A stretch of DNA of 38,227 bases, taken from IMG/VR virus record IMGVR_UViG_3300005263_000001, positions 1 to 38,227 of that record; one strand, 5' to 3'. How positions within the stretch are numbered: the first letter of the stretch is position 1; each line of letters starts with the position of its first letter. Below are positions 1 through 6,910 of the stretch, in pieces. A program made the position numbers and the translations under genes. The stretch comes from a virus (lineage: Duplodnaviria; Caudoviricetes). A model generated the notes under the pieces. It did no database searches, was not told the DNA's origin, and was given only the letters and a program-made list of their open reading frames with translations.

Positions 1-44
1 TGATCACCGCAGCATGGAACGGCGTCGAACAATCGGACCTGCAT
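1..44 (-). CDS. 5' part of a Lar-like (restriction alleviation) zinc-binding protein, probably continuing at the window end (38227..38094)
   Basis: GGAGG RBS then ATG at 44; MQVRLFDAVPCCGD runs off the left edge; the right edge carries a matching C-terminal half (VRCIHCG...ADAVTEWN). Confidence 0.55.
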   Translation of the reverse strand, partial: MQVRLFDAVPCCGD

Positions 45-62
45 GGTTCCTCCAGATGGACA

Positions 63-311
63 TTACTTGTTGGCCTGGAAAAGCAGTGTCTTTGCTGTGA
101 TACTCGCTTCTCCCCCCATCACTTCGGCATACCAGACAGATCCGTCCTGGAGCCTGACAACAAACTTAAATGACGAGCCGGGGACAGCAGTGACTTCCGC
201 CGTTTTCATTTCTTCAATGACACACTGACGGACTTTGGCATCGTTGTAGCCGTCCCCGCACCCGACAAGGGCAAGGACGCAAACGGTGGCGATAAGGAAT
301 CGAAGTTTCAT
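63..311 (-). CDS. Small predicted lipoprotein (possible superinfection exclusion)
   Basis: MKLRFLIATVCVLALVGC: basic N-terminus, hydrophobic core, lipobox LVGC; AGGAGG RBS. Confidence 0.7.
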   Translation of the reverse strand: MKLRFLIATVCVLALVGCGDGYNDAKVRQCVIEEMKTAEVTAVPGSSFKFVVRLQDGSVWYAEVMGGEASITAKTLLFQANK

Positions 312-350
312 GTGCCCTCCTGGGCGATGGGGTGTGAATGTGAACAGCCG

Positions 351-509
351 CTACTCGGCGGGTCCGATGGTGATTTCAGCGATCATGCGCGGGGAGGGTT
401 GGCACCCACACTCGGGCAACGGGGCGAACTTGCGAGGGCAGTTCTCGGCGTGGTCTTGGTCACGGATCTGTTTCAGGGCGTTGTAAAGCTGCTCGTAGGT
501 GGGTCTCAC
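351..509 (-). CDS. Hypothetical 52-aa protein (not in ORF track)
   Basis: GGAGG RBS + GTG; MRPTYEQLYNALKQIRDQDHAENC...ECGC...; fills the gap between two cassette boundary motifs. Confidence 0.65.
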   Translation of the reverse strand: MRPTYEQLYNALKQIRDQDHAENCPRKFAPLPECGCQPSPRMIAEITIGPAE

Positions 510-530
510 GATGCCTCCCGCATCTGGACA

Positions 531-779
531 TTACTTAGCTGGTGGATAAGGGACTCGCGGAAGCTGGAGGCGGTCTGTCTCGTCATCCAGCCCACAGTGG
601 CACTCGGAGTAGTAGGCGCAGCGCCAGCTATCGTGCTTGGCGAACTCTGCGATAAGTTCAGCCGCCATCTTTAACTTGCCCTGGAGGGCATCAATCTCAA
701 CCGCCTGATCCGCCACCTTCAGAGCGAGGTCCGCGCCCTTCTTGATGGCATCGCTCAGGGCCTTCTGCGCTTCGGTCAT
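531..779 (-). CDS. Hypothetical protein, coiled-coil N-terminus with H/C-rich tail
   Basis: GGAGGAACC-ATG at 779; HDSWRC...ECHC. Confidence 0.7.
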   Translation of the reverse strand: MTEAQKALSDAIKKGADLALKVADQAVEIDALQGKLKMAAELIAEFAKHDSWRCAYYSECHCGLDDETDRLQLPRVPYPPAK

Positions 780-796
780 GGTTCCTCCAGTGGACA

Positions 797-1156
797 TCAG
801 CCTTCAACCCAATGGCGCTCGGCGCGACCAACAGGCTGAAGATTGGAGATCATGGCGGTGAAGCCCCCCGACTGATAGAAGTCCACCTTCACGGCGCGGT
901 CATCGAGCCGCTCACAGTAGACATGGTGCCCATCGGGGTAAACATCGTGCGGTCCATGCCCCGTTCCACCGCCCTCGTTGGCAGTCTTGTAGACCACGTA
1001 GCGACCCTCCAGGTAGGCGAACTCGCCCCCAATGGTGATGTCGTGGTGGGTCAGGTTGAACGACCCCTTGCAGTTGGTGTAGACGAAGTGCTCGGGAATG
1101 TCGGCATAGACCCTGTGCCCGGCCTTCAGTTCAATGATGTCGCCTTCTTTGAGCAT
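797..1156 (-). CDS. Hypothetical phage protein
   Basis: MLKEGDIIELKAG... globular-looking 119-aa ORF; start chosen at the ATG after GAAGG. Confidence 0.7.
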   Translation of the reverse strand: MLKEGDIIELKAGHRVYADIPEHFVYTNCKGSFNLTHHDITIGGEFAYLEGRYVVYKTANEGGGTGHGPHDVYPDGHHVYCERLDDRAVKVDFYQSGGFTAMISNLQPVGRAERHWVEG

Positions 1157-1194
1157 TGGGATACCTTCTGGTTGTGGGGTGGATCTGGACAAGA

Positions 1195-1350
1195 TCAGTT
1201 GGATTCAAGGAGTTCGCGGATGTCATCCTCATCGAGGCCGTTTAGCCCTCCCTTGGCGACCTCGCGCACAAGGATCTGGATGATTCGTTCGCGCTCATCT
1301 TCTCTGGCCTGGGCCAGTCGGATCATTTCGGTGGGGGTTGCGGTCGCCAT
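1195..1350 (-). CDS. Hypothetical 51-aa protein (not in ORF track)
   Basis: AGGAG RBS + ATG; MATATPTEMIRLAQAREDERERIIQIL... Confidence 0.6.
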   Translation of the reverse strand: MATATPTEMIRLAQAREDERERIIQILVREVAKGGLNGLDEDDIRELLESN

Positions 1351-1373
1351 CGTCAGGCTCCTGGACAGGTGCG

Positions 1374-1547
1374 CTAGGCACCAAAGGGTTTCGTGGCTTC
1401 AAATACTTCCCGGTCCATCGCCCCGTATTCCTTGGGGAACCGGTTGAAGCAATCGAGCAGGAAGGCTTGATCTTCTTTGCTGAGGGGTCGCCCTTCCTTG
1501 GAACGGCACCTCAGTTCAAAGCAGCGGCGGCGGGTTTCAGGAGGCAT
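1374..1547 (-). CDS. Hypothetical protein (may start at 1571)
   Basis: MPPETRRRCFELRCRSKEGRPLS...; lies between two TGTCCA motifs. Confidence 0.55.
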   Translation of the reverse strand: MPPETRRRCFELRCRSKEGRPLSKEDQAFLLDCFNRFPKEYGAMDREVFEATKPFGA

Positions 1548-1570
1548 AGCGGGTGTCTCGATCATGGACA

Positions 1571-1915
1571 TTACGGTTTCGGGAAGTTCACAAAGACAGG
1601 GATGGATTGTTCTGTCAGCGGTATCCGTGCAAGGTCGGCGCAACCCTCGGGATCAAGGGCAAGCTGGGCGATGGCGTGGACATTCTGGGTAAGCCCACCG
1701 TTGCAGGCGATGGTTAGGTCGCGGATCTGCTCAAGGGCTTCCTGGTAGGAATCACGCTCGGGTTCAAACTGTCGATACCAGCGATCAAATACAAGCCGGA
1801 ACCCGCACCCGACCATGTAGCGGCTTATTGCTTTGGCTGTTTCTCCAGGAACGGCGTTCTTCTGCTCGGTAGTCATGCGGTTGAACAATTCGGCAATCAG
1901 GTCGGCTGGGTTCAC
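1571..1915 (-). CDS. Hypothetical protein
   Basis: AGGAG RBS + GTG at 1915; the longer track ORF overlaps the tRNA-like element, so it is trimmed. Confidence 0.65.
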   Translation of the reverse strand: MNPADLIAELFNRMTTEQKNAVPGETAKAISRYMVGCGFRLVFDRWYRQFEPERDSYQEALEQIRDLTIACNGGLTQNVHAIAQLALDPEGCADLARIPLTEQSIPVFVNFPKP

Positions 1916-1934
1916 TTCATGCTCCTGGACAAGA

Positions 1935-2033
1935 GGGCGAGGGCTGGCTTTCCACCAGCGTCTCCGGGGCATGACCCCGGCGCTCTTTTTACTGCGGATT
2001 GTCCGGTCTCCGTCAGCACTAAGCTACCTCGCG
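1935..2033 (-). tRNA. Degenerate tRNA-fMet(CAT)-like element with enlarged D-arm
   Basis: Acceptor GCGAGG/CCTCGC with unpaired C1; D-stem GCTT/GAGC; anticodon arm CCGGG-GTCATGC-CCCGG; variable region AGAC; T-arm GCTGG-TGGAAAG-CCAGC; no encoded CCA. Confidence 0.7.
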
Positions 2034-2046
2034 TGATATTGGACAG

Positions 2047-2217
2047 TTACGGTTTCGGGATGAGATGGCAGACGCAGCGAGGACGAGGCATCGCGCAGGC
2101 TGGGCAGATGCCACAATTTGAATGGCCGACTGTCCCCGGGACCGAACAGTTCACGCGGTCTAGGTCATCATCCTCGGGCTTGAAGCCGAACCGGGATTCA
2201 AATTCTTGTTCAGTCAC
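2047..2217 (-). CDS. Cys-rich 56-aa hypothetical protein
   Basis: GGAGG RBS + GTG; DDLDRVNC...GHSNCGICPAC...RCVCH. Confidence 0.7.
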   Translation of the reverse strand: MTEQEFESRFGFKPEDDDLDRVNCSVPGTVGHSNCGICPACAMPRPRCVCHLIPKP

Positions 2218-2278
2218 GATGCCTCCGGTAGTGGACAGTAGTGCGTTGATGGTTCCGATAGTCGTAGATGCGCGGACA

Positions 2279-2509
2279 CTAGGTGGGGTTTTGGGTCTCG
2301 TCCACCCAAGCTCCGTAGCGGGTCCGGTCCATCGGCTTGATGGTCTTGCCCCTCTCAACCCAGTAGCCATGAACCAGCCTGTTATGCCGCTTCAGAGCCG
2401 CCTGCTGAGCCCTGTGTATGGCCTCTTCGCGTGATACGGGCTTGGTGGTTTTCCAGATGTAGGCGGCGATGGCGATGCCGAGGAGGATGAGGGTGATGGT
2501 CATCGTCAC
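2279..2509 (-). CDS. Small membrane-anchored hypothetical protein
   Basis: N-terminal hydrophobic helix ITLILLGIAIAAYIW followed by a basic region. Confidence 0.65.
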   Translation of the reverse strand: MTMTITLILLGIAIAAYIWKTTKPVSREEAIHRAQQAALKRHNRLVHGYWVERGKTIKPMDRTRYGAWVDETQNPT

Positions 2510-2512
2510 TCC

Positions 2513-2656
2513 TTAGTCGGCCGTGTAGTAGTCGTGACGATGGAACCCGATGCAAAACGGTCCAAGGTGGATAAACAGGGCTCGGTCTGCCTTCTCCCAG
2601 GTCCAAGCGATACCCAGGAGCCAGCGGGTCAGGTCGAAGTGTGGGTGTATGGTCAT
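2513..2656 (-). CDS. Hypothetical 47-aa protein
   Basis: MTIHPHFDLTRWLLGIAW...; ATGA overlap with the upstream small ORF. Confidence 0.5.
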   Translation of the reverse strand: MTIHPHFDLTRWLLGIAWTWEKADRALFIHLGPFCIGFHRHDYYTAD

Positions 2657-2738
2657 CGGCCCTCCCGGTGCTGGGCTTCATTGCGCAAGATCCACCCAAC
2701 CTGGACCCCGATCAGGAACGCTGCGATCAAGTCGGCGC

Positions 2739-3050
2739 TCACTTCCCCTCCTGGTACCATTCGAGGGACTCATTAATGAAGGCGATTTGGTATGGGTTGA
2801 CGCTGGTGTTGTCTCGCAGGAACTCCAGCGCCCCAGCCAAGGCTTCAGCCTTCTCTTTTAGCCTCTCGGCATCGGCTCGGGCGGCGTCACGCTCGGCGCG
2901 GTAACGCTTCCACCTGGACCCCGGCGAGGCAAGTTCCTCGCGGAGTGCCTGGACCTCGGCCCGAAGTCTGACAACCTCCGGGTGAGGCTGGACCCGCTCG
3001 ACAATGTGGTCACCAATCTCATGGGGTTCTGGCATGGGCGGCGTGGTCAT
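2739..3050 (-). CDS. Coiled-coil hypothetical protein
   Basis: EVVRLRAEV...AERDAARADAERLKEK; ATG overlaps the stop of the upstream gene. Confidence 0.65.
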   Translation of the reverse strand: MTTPPMPEPHEIGDHIVERVQPHPEVVRLRAEVQALREELASPGSRWKRYRAERDAARADAERLKEKAEALAGALEFLRDNTSVNPYQIAFINESLEWYQEGK

Positions 3051-3646
3051 GGGCGCTCCTGGGCGTGGGATGCGAGTCGGATCAGTGCTTCTCGGAACTC
3101 GGGCGGCGTTCTCTGCCTCTGCTTGCTGCTCATGCCTTCGATGATTCCCCGCTTGCGGGTCTTCTCGTAGCCGCGCCGAGACAGACTGCGAGGGCATAGC
3201 CTCTGTTCTGCTGGCCCCCAAATGAGGTCGTTAGGCTTTGGCCCGACATAGAGCAACCAGGTGGTCTTCCTGGCCGGGTGTCCGTAGTGGGCCTGATCCA
3301 CTTGACAGACCCACTCGCCTTCCTTGGCGCGGGTCCATCCAGTGGGGAAGGGCCGCGTCAGACCGAAGAACTCCCACGCCAGGGAATCCTTGGGATGCTC
3401 CAGCACCCCACCCCACAAGCGAACAGAATGTAGGGCAGTGGCGAAGCACCCACCATCCGCGCCGGGTGTCTCGACCTGGTTGGTCGGGCAACCCTTGGCA
3501 TACCTACCCCACCTCTCGCAAGGCGGGTGAGCGATGACGGGGTGCGGCCCTGGATAGGTTCTGGCGTCCCGCTCAATGTCCCAAGGATCAACCCCAGGAA
3601 CATCGAAGTAGGCTCCACCCTTCTCCACGAAGAGGGTGGCAATCAT
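3047..3646 (-). CDS. Divergent, short DNA cytosine-5 methyltransferase-like protein
   Basis: IAHPPC (motif IV PC), VLEHP (motif VI-like), QAHYGH..KTTWL (motif VIII-like); no clear FxGxG. Confidence 0.65.
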   Translation of the reverse strand: MIATLFVEKGGAYFDVPGVDPWDIERDARTYPGPHPVIAHPPCERWGRYAKGCPTNQVETPGADGGCFATALHSVRLWGGVLEHPKDSLAWEFFGLTRPFPTGWTRAKEGEWVCQVDQAHYGHPARKTTWLLYVGPKPNDLIWGPAEQRLCPRSLSRRGYEKTRKRGIIEGMSSKQRQRTPPEFREALIRLASHAQERP

Positions 3647-3807
3647 CGCTTCGCCTCCCTCACAGTGCGGTCCATCCTCTGGAGTTCCCTGCGCCACTCA
3701 CGCTCGGCCTCATTGACTGCTGCGGCGTGGACGATCATCCCGATGATGGGGAGGGTGAACATGACGAGGCAGACGAGGCTGACGGTGATGCTGAACAGGC
3801 GTCTCAT
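3643..3807 (-). CDS. Small membrane protein
   Basis: MRRLFSITVSLVCLVMFTLPIIGMIV...; ATGA-coupled at both ends. Confidence 0.55.
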   Translation of the reverse strand: MRRLFSITVSLVCLVMFTLPIIGMIVHAAAVNEAEREWRRELQRMDRTVREAKR

Positions 3808-4238
3808 GCGGTCCTCCCGAGCTTCGATCCGCGTTCCTCACGCTTCCGCTTGATCTCGGCCAGAACCTCCAGCGCGGCGTCCTTCACGGCAGCGCGGCGG
3901 GTGGCTTTGCAGGCCAGGCCAAGGTCACGCTCACGGTAGGCCCGATCTCGCGCCCTGCGTCCGTCATACAGCGCGGCCATTTCCTCCACACTGTTGGCAC
4001 CTACGCGGCGGGTGAGTTCCTTCCATTCGGGATGGCCCTGACGCTTGTGGAGCCGTTCACGCTCTCGGATGGCTTTCCACCGCTCGGCCTTTTCTTCCAT
4101 GGTCAGTTCATGGAGCTTCTTCCGGGGGGGCTTGAGTTCAAAGGCTTCACCATCCTCGGCCATCTCGTCATGCGCCCCGCAGTAATCGGAGTCCGCCATT
4201 CGCTGGCCTTTGCAATCTTTGGCTTTGCAGATGCTCAT
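3804..4238 (-). CDS. Hypothetical protein with N-terminal C-x4-C...C-x2-H motif
   Basis: MSICKAKDC...DYCGAH; basic helical remainder. Confidence 0.65.
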   Translation of the reverse strand: MSICKAKDCKGQRMADSDYCGAHDEMAEDGEAFELKPPRKKLHELTMEEKAERWKAIRERERLHKRQGHPEWKELTRRVGANSVEEMAALYDGRRARDRAYRERDLGLACKATRRAAVKDAALEVLAEIKRKREERGSKLGRTA

Positions 4239-4441
4239 GCAGCCCTCCGCTTACGGGCACCCTCGCCAAGCTGGGACTCGCGCTCCTGGAGGATGGATTC
4301 CTGCTCCTGGAGAACGGCCAAGATACGGCGATGCTTGCGGCTGAAGGTGGCTAGGACACGCTCTAGGCGCATCTCACGCTGAAGGTGCTTGATGGCGTAG
4401 CGGTTCGCCATAAGGGCGATGGTGGTTCCGTGCTGGCTCAT
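4235..4441 (-). CDS. Hypothetical basic protein
   Basis: ATGA-coupled to recT and to the next gene. Confidence 0.55.
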   Translation of the reverse strand: MSQHGTTIALMANRYAIKHLQREMRLERVLATFSRKHRRILAVLQEQESILQERESQLGEGARKRRAA

Positions 4442-5427
4442 GCGGCTCCTTTCTTCGCGGCCTTCTTGTCGAGTTCGGACGCAGCCGCAGCCATGCGGTT
4501 CAGAACCTTTTCAGGTGCGTCCTCGCCGGAATCCTTTTGCGCCTTGTAATAAGCGATCTTGTCGTTGCTCTCGGTCTCGCTCAGGCCAGCCTTGATGCAG
4601 GCTTCCAGAAGCTCATCGCAGAAAGTGTGAAAGTTGGCGGTGTCTTCCTCGCTCCACTTCCAGAATCCATCTACCTGGGTTGATCCAAGTTCGGGCGGGT
4701 TGGCATCGCCGGGGCGGAGAACCTCGCCTTCAAAGTATTCCCCAGCCTCAGCCTTGGCCTGATTCTCAAGCGCATGGGCCAGAGCCTGCGACTTGGGAAG
4801 ATACTTGGCGAGGCGGCGCACGGCGGTCTTACGGGCCATTTCGGAATAGTCCGTAGTCCAAGGGCTGAAGTCTTTCTTGTCCTTGGAGCGGTCACGGATC
4901 TCGTTGACCTCGTGGACGCTCATCACTTCAAACTGGCTGGCACCATCGGGGAAGTGGGCCACGGCGTAAACCGCCACGATCTCCCCACGGTCCTTGTCGA
5001 AGCTGGGGCGGTGGGTAATCCGGGGATCAATCCCGTATTCCACAGCGAAATCATCCTTGGCGTAGACCACACGGGCGTCGATGTTGCGGATCTTCCCGGT
5101 ATCCGTAGCAAGCCGGATCAGGCCAGCGTATCCGACCAGGCAGGTTGCTTCCTTGCACTTGGCCTTGGAGTTCCAGCGGGGCACAAGGTAGACCTCATTG
5201 CGGCCATCAAAGGGTTCCAGCCCCATTGACGCAGCCTGTGCCAGTGACCGCAGGATGGACAGAGGGGAGCATTCGGCCAGCTTCTCGTCGCGGCTGGCGG
5301 CGGCACAGACAAGGCGGGTCATGCGCTCAGGGTTTAGCGTGGCAGACGCCACGGCTCGGACGCTGGCGATGTTCTTTTCTAGGAAGCCCTTCAGATCGGG
5401 CTTATTGGTTCGGACCTCATTCGTCAT
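4438..5427 (-). CDS. recT: RecT-family single-strand annealing recombinase
   Basis: LAECSPLSI, GLEP...YLVP, GYAGLIRLA, VVYAKDDF, PW..DY.EMARKT.VRRL.KYLP. Confidence 0.93.
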   Translation of the reverse strand: MTNEVRTNKPDLKGFLEKNIASVRAVASATLNPERMTRLVCAAASRDEKLAECSPLSILRSLAQAASMGLEPFDGRNEVYLVPRWNSKAKCKEATCLVGYAGLIRLATDTGKIRNIDARVVYAKDDFAVEYGIDPRITHRPSFDKDRGEIVAVYAVAHFPDGASQFEVMSVHEVNEIRDRSKDKKDFSPWTTDYSEMARKTAVRRLAKYLPKSQALAHALENQAKAEAGEYFEGEVLRPGDANPPELGSTQVDGFWKWSEEDTANFHTFCDELLEACIKAGLSETESNDKIAYYKAQKDSGEDAPEKVLNRMAAAASELDKKAAKKGAA

Positions 5428-5515
5428 CGTCGTCTCCATCGGGTTCATCACAGGGCCAGAGTTCGTCAGGGTCATCGCCGACCCACAGATCGGGGAAGGT
5501 GTCTTCGGGTGTCAT
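5417..5515 (-). CDS. 32-aa highly acidic peptide
   Basis: MTPEDTFPDLWVGDDPDELWPCDEPDGDDDDE; ATG overlaps the upstream stop. Confidence 0.4.
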   Translation of the reverse strand: MTPEDTFPDLWVGDDPDELWPCDEPDGDDDDE

Positions 5516-5754
5516 GCGCCCCTCGCTAGGTCTCGGAGATGGTCGGCACGGGTCTGCGCCTCATCTTCCAACGCCATCTCCAGGTAATAGGCCATGTCCT
5601 CAGTTCGGAGCATCCCGCTGTCGCCGTGGCACACGGGGCACTCGTCGGAGTAGCTGTCCACGAACTCCCCGCAATCGCGGCAGAAGTTGGGATAGTCCAT
5701 CGTGTCGATGGCTTCTTGGATCTCAGAGGAGTGCCGCTTGGTCAGGTTGCTCAC
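5512..5754 (-). CDS. Zinc-ribbon hypothetical protein
   Basis: CRDC...CPVC; GTGA overlap with upstream gene. Confidence 0.65.
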   Translation of the reverse strand: MSNLTKRHSSEIQEAIDTMDYPNFCRDCGEFVDSYSDECPVCHGDSGMLRTEDMAYYLEMALEDEAQTRADHLRDLARGA

Positions 5755-6122
5755 GACGCGACACCTTTCGGAGCGAACACCGGGCACACATGGCTGGCCC
5801 TCTGCTCCAGCTCGTCAAAGGCTTCCTCTTCCGCTTCGGTCAGGGTTCCGATCTGCCGCGCTGCGATGGTGTCAGCCAGCATCTTGTCGAAGCCGTTCTT
5901 GATGTAGTCATCGAAGCAGGAGGGCTCAATCGGGATCGCCTGCTGAGCGTCAAACTCGGCCTCTTCTGCGTCCCACTCTGCGGCCTTGATGCGGTCCAGG
6001 CTGCGCTCCATTGCGGAGATGAGGCCCAGCATCGCTTCTCGGCCCATGCGGTCATCAAGGTCAATGTTGGCGATGTGGCCCTGGATTCCCTTGGCTACAT
6101 CGAGTTCGGTCATGGGGTTCAT
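5751..6122 (-). CDS. Acidic hypothetical protein, first gene of the leftward early operon
   Basis: AGGAGG RBS + ATG at 6122. Confidence 0.7.
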   Translation of the reverse strand: MNPMTELDVAKGIQGHIANIDLDDRMGREAMLGLISAMERSLDRIKAAEWDAEEAEFDAQQAIPIEPSCFDDYIKNGFDKMLADTIAARQIGTLTEAEEEAFDELEQRASHVCPVFAPKGVAS

Positions 6123-6134
6123 CTGTGCCTCCTG

Positions 6135-6475
6135 ATAGGCCGATGGCTGGGCTGTTTGCCAGCTAGGTTTATGGGTGTGGTAATGATTGAGGCCGGATGG
6201 CGGGAGGCTTTCCCCACTGTTTAGACGGGGCGCAGGCCGCGTCATCCTCATTTGCCTTGCGGAACCCTCATCTGCAGTAGGGGCTGGAGAACATCCACTT
6301 GGCATCCGGTGATTTCGTCTGGAGCCATCCGCCGTAGCGGATCGCCTCAAACGATTGTTTGTAGCTCAGCAGCTTGCCTTACGCTGACCTGAGGGGTTCC
6401 GCGACTGATTCAACTTTGCGCGGCTGTCAAAGATTGGCCCGTTGCCTCGGCTTGGGGGTGAATCTGTTTGCTACA
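6135..6475 (-). ncRNA. Structured 5' leader of the pL transcript
   Basis: boxA-like ATCTTTGACA (~6425-6434); long-range helix 6259-6270/6390-6402; ATCCGC-TACG-GCGGAT hairpin 6327-6342. Confidence 0.45.
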
Positions 6476-6480
6476 TACCT

Positions 6481-6525
6481 AGTATGGGACCTGCTCCCAT
6501 AGATGCAAGCCCCAAATTTCAAAAA
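6481..6525 (-). promoter_or_regulatory. pL-like promoter overlapped by a repressor operator
   Basis: TTGCAT-N16-CATACT on the minus strand with an upstream T tract; palindrome TATGGG-N7-CCCATA at 6483-6501. Confidence 0.75.
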
Positions 6526-6529
6526 ATCA

Positions 6530-6558
6530 CAAAAAAATTGCCCCTCCAAAGAGGGGCT
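6530..6558 (-). terminator. Intrinsic terminator of the cI transcript
   Basis: GCCCCTC-TTTG-GAGGGGC followed by AATTTTTTT on the minus strand. Confidence 0.75.
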
Positions 6559-6577
6559 AGGTGGGGGGCGGGTAGGT

Positions 6578-6862
6578 CTAGAAGGTATCGGGCCTCATGG
6601 ATTCCAGTTTGCGGAGTATGGACCGGCCAACGGCTTCATTGCGCTCCTGGTGGATCAAGAGGTATTCGAGCTGATAGACCAAGCGGAACAGCAGGACCAG
6701 GGCAATCCCGGCCATCCACCAGACCAGACGCTCCGGGGCGAAGTAGTTGATGGCAGCTAGGCCGATGCCACCCACCCAATACAGCTTCCCCTCTGTGCTG
6801 GAGGACTTCCGCATCTTCTGGTCAAGCTCTGCCAGGTTCTCCCGTAGGTCTTCCAGGATCAT
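6578..6862 (-). CDS. Two-TM membrane protein co-transcribed with the repressor (possible exclusion function)
   Basis: LYWVGGIGLAAINYF and LVWWMAGIALVLLF helices. Confidence 0.65.
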   Translation of the reverse strand: MILEDLRENLAELDQKMRKSSSTEGKLYWVGGIGLAAINYFAPERLVWWMAGIALVLLFRLVYQLEYLLIHQERNEAVGRSILRKLESMRPDTF

Positions 6863-6910
6863 GCGATTCCTTTCAGCAGGGACCGCACCTGGGACAGCGC
6901 CCAGGCCGCG

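Larger units (their letters stand above)
57..2278 (-). repeat. Dispersed TGTCCA boundary motifs, left part of array
   Basis: + strand TGGACA at 57, 525, 791, 1186, 1362, 1565, 1926, 2040, 2232; variants TGAACA at 341 and CGGACA at 2273; all at junctions between units. Confidence 0.9.

Noticed and set aside
1677-1682. Additional TGTCCA inside ORF 1571..1915
   Set aside because: Mid-gene with no adjacent stop or RBS; consistent with chance, like scattered copies elsewhere (e.g. 30239)
57-2278. TGTCCA explained only as overlapping stop-start (TAATG/TGATG + Ser codon)
   Set aside because: It is in frame with the next gene at some sites (791, 1565, 37794) but out of frame at 57, 525 and 38088. 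Several sites have no ATG, and the motif also flanks non-coding units.
57-2278. CRISPR array or classical integron attC sites
   Set aside because: The repeat is only 6 bp with gene-sized spacing; there are no cas genes, no consistent RYYYAAC/GTTRRRY pairs and no long hairpins. Local palindromes (e.g. 37506-37526) are not shared across sites.
5145-6224. 359-aa plus-strand ORF
   Set aside because: Antisense to recT and its neighbours, low-complexity translation, no motifs
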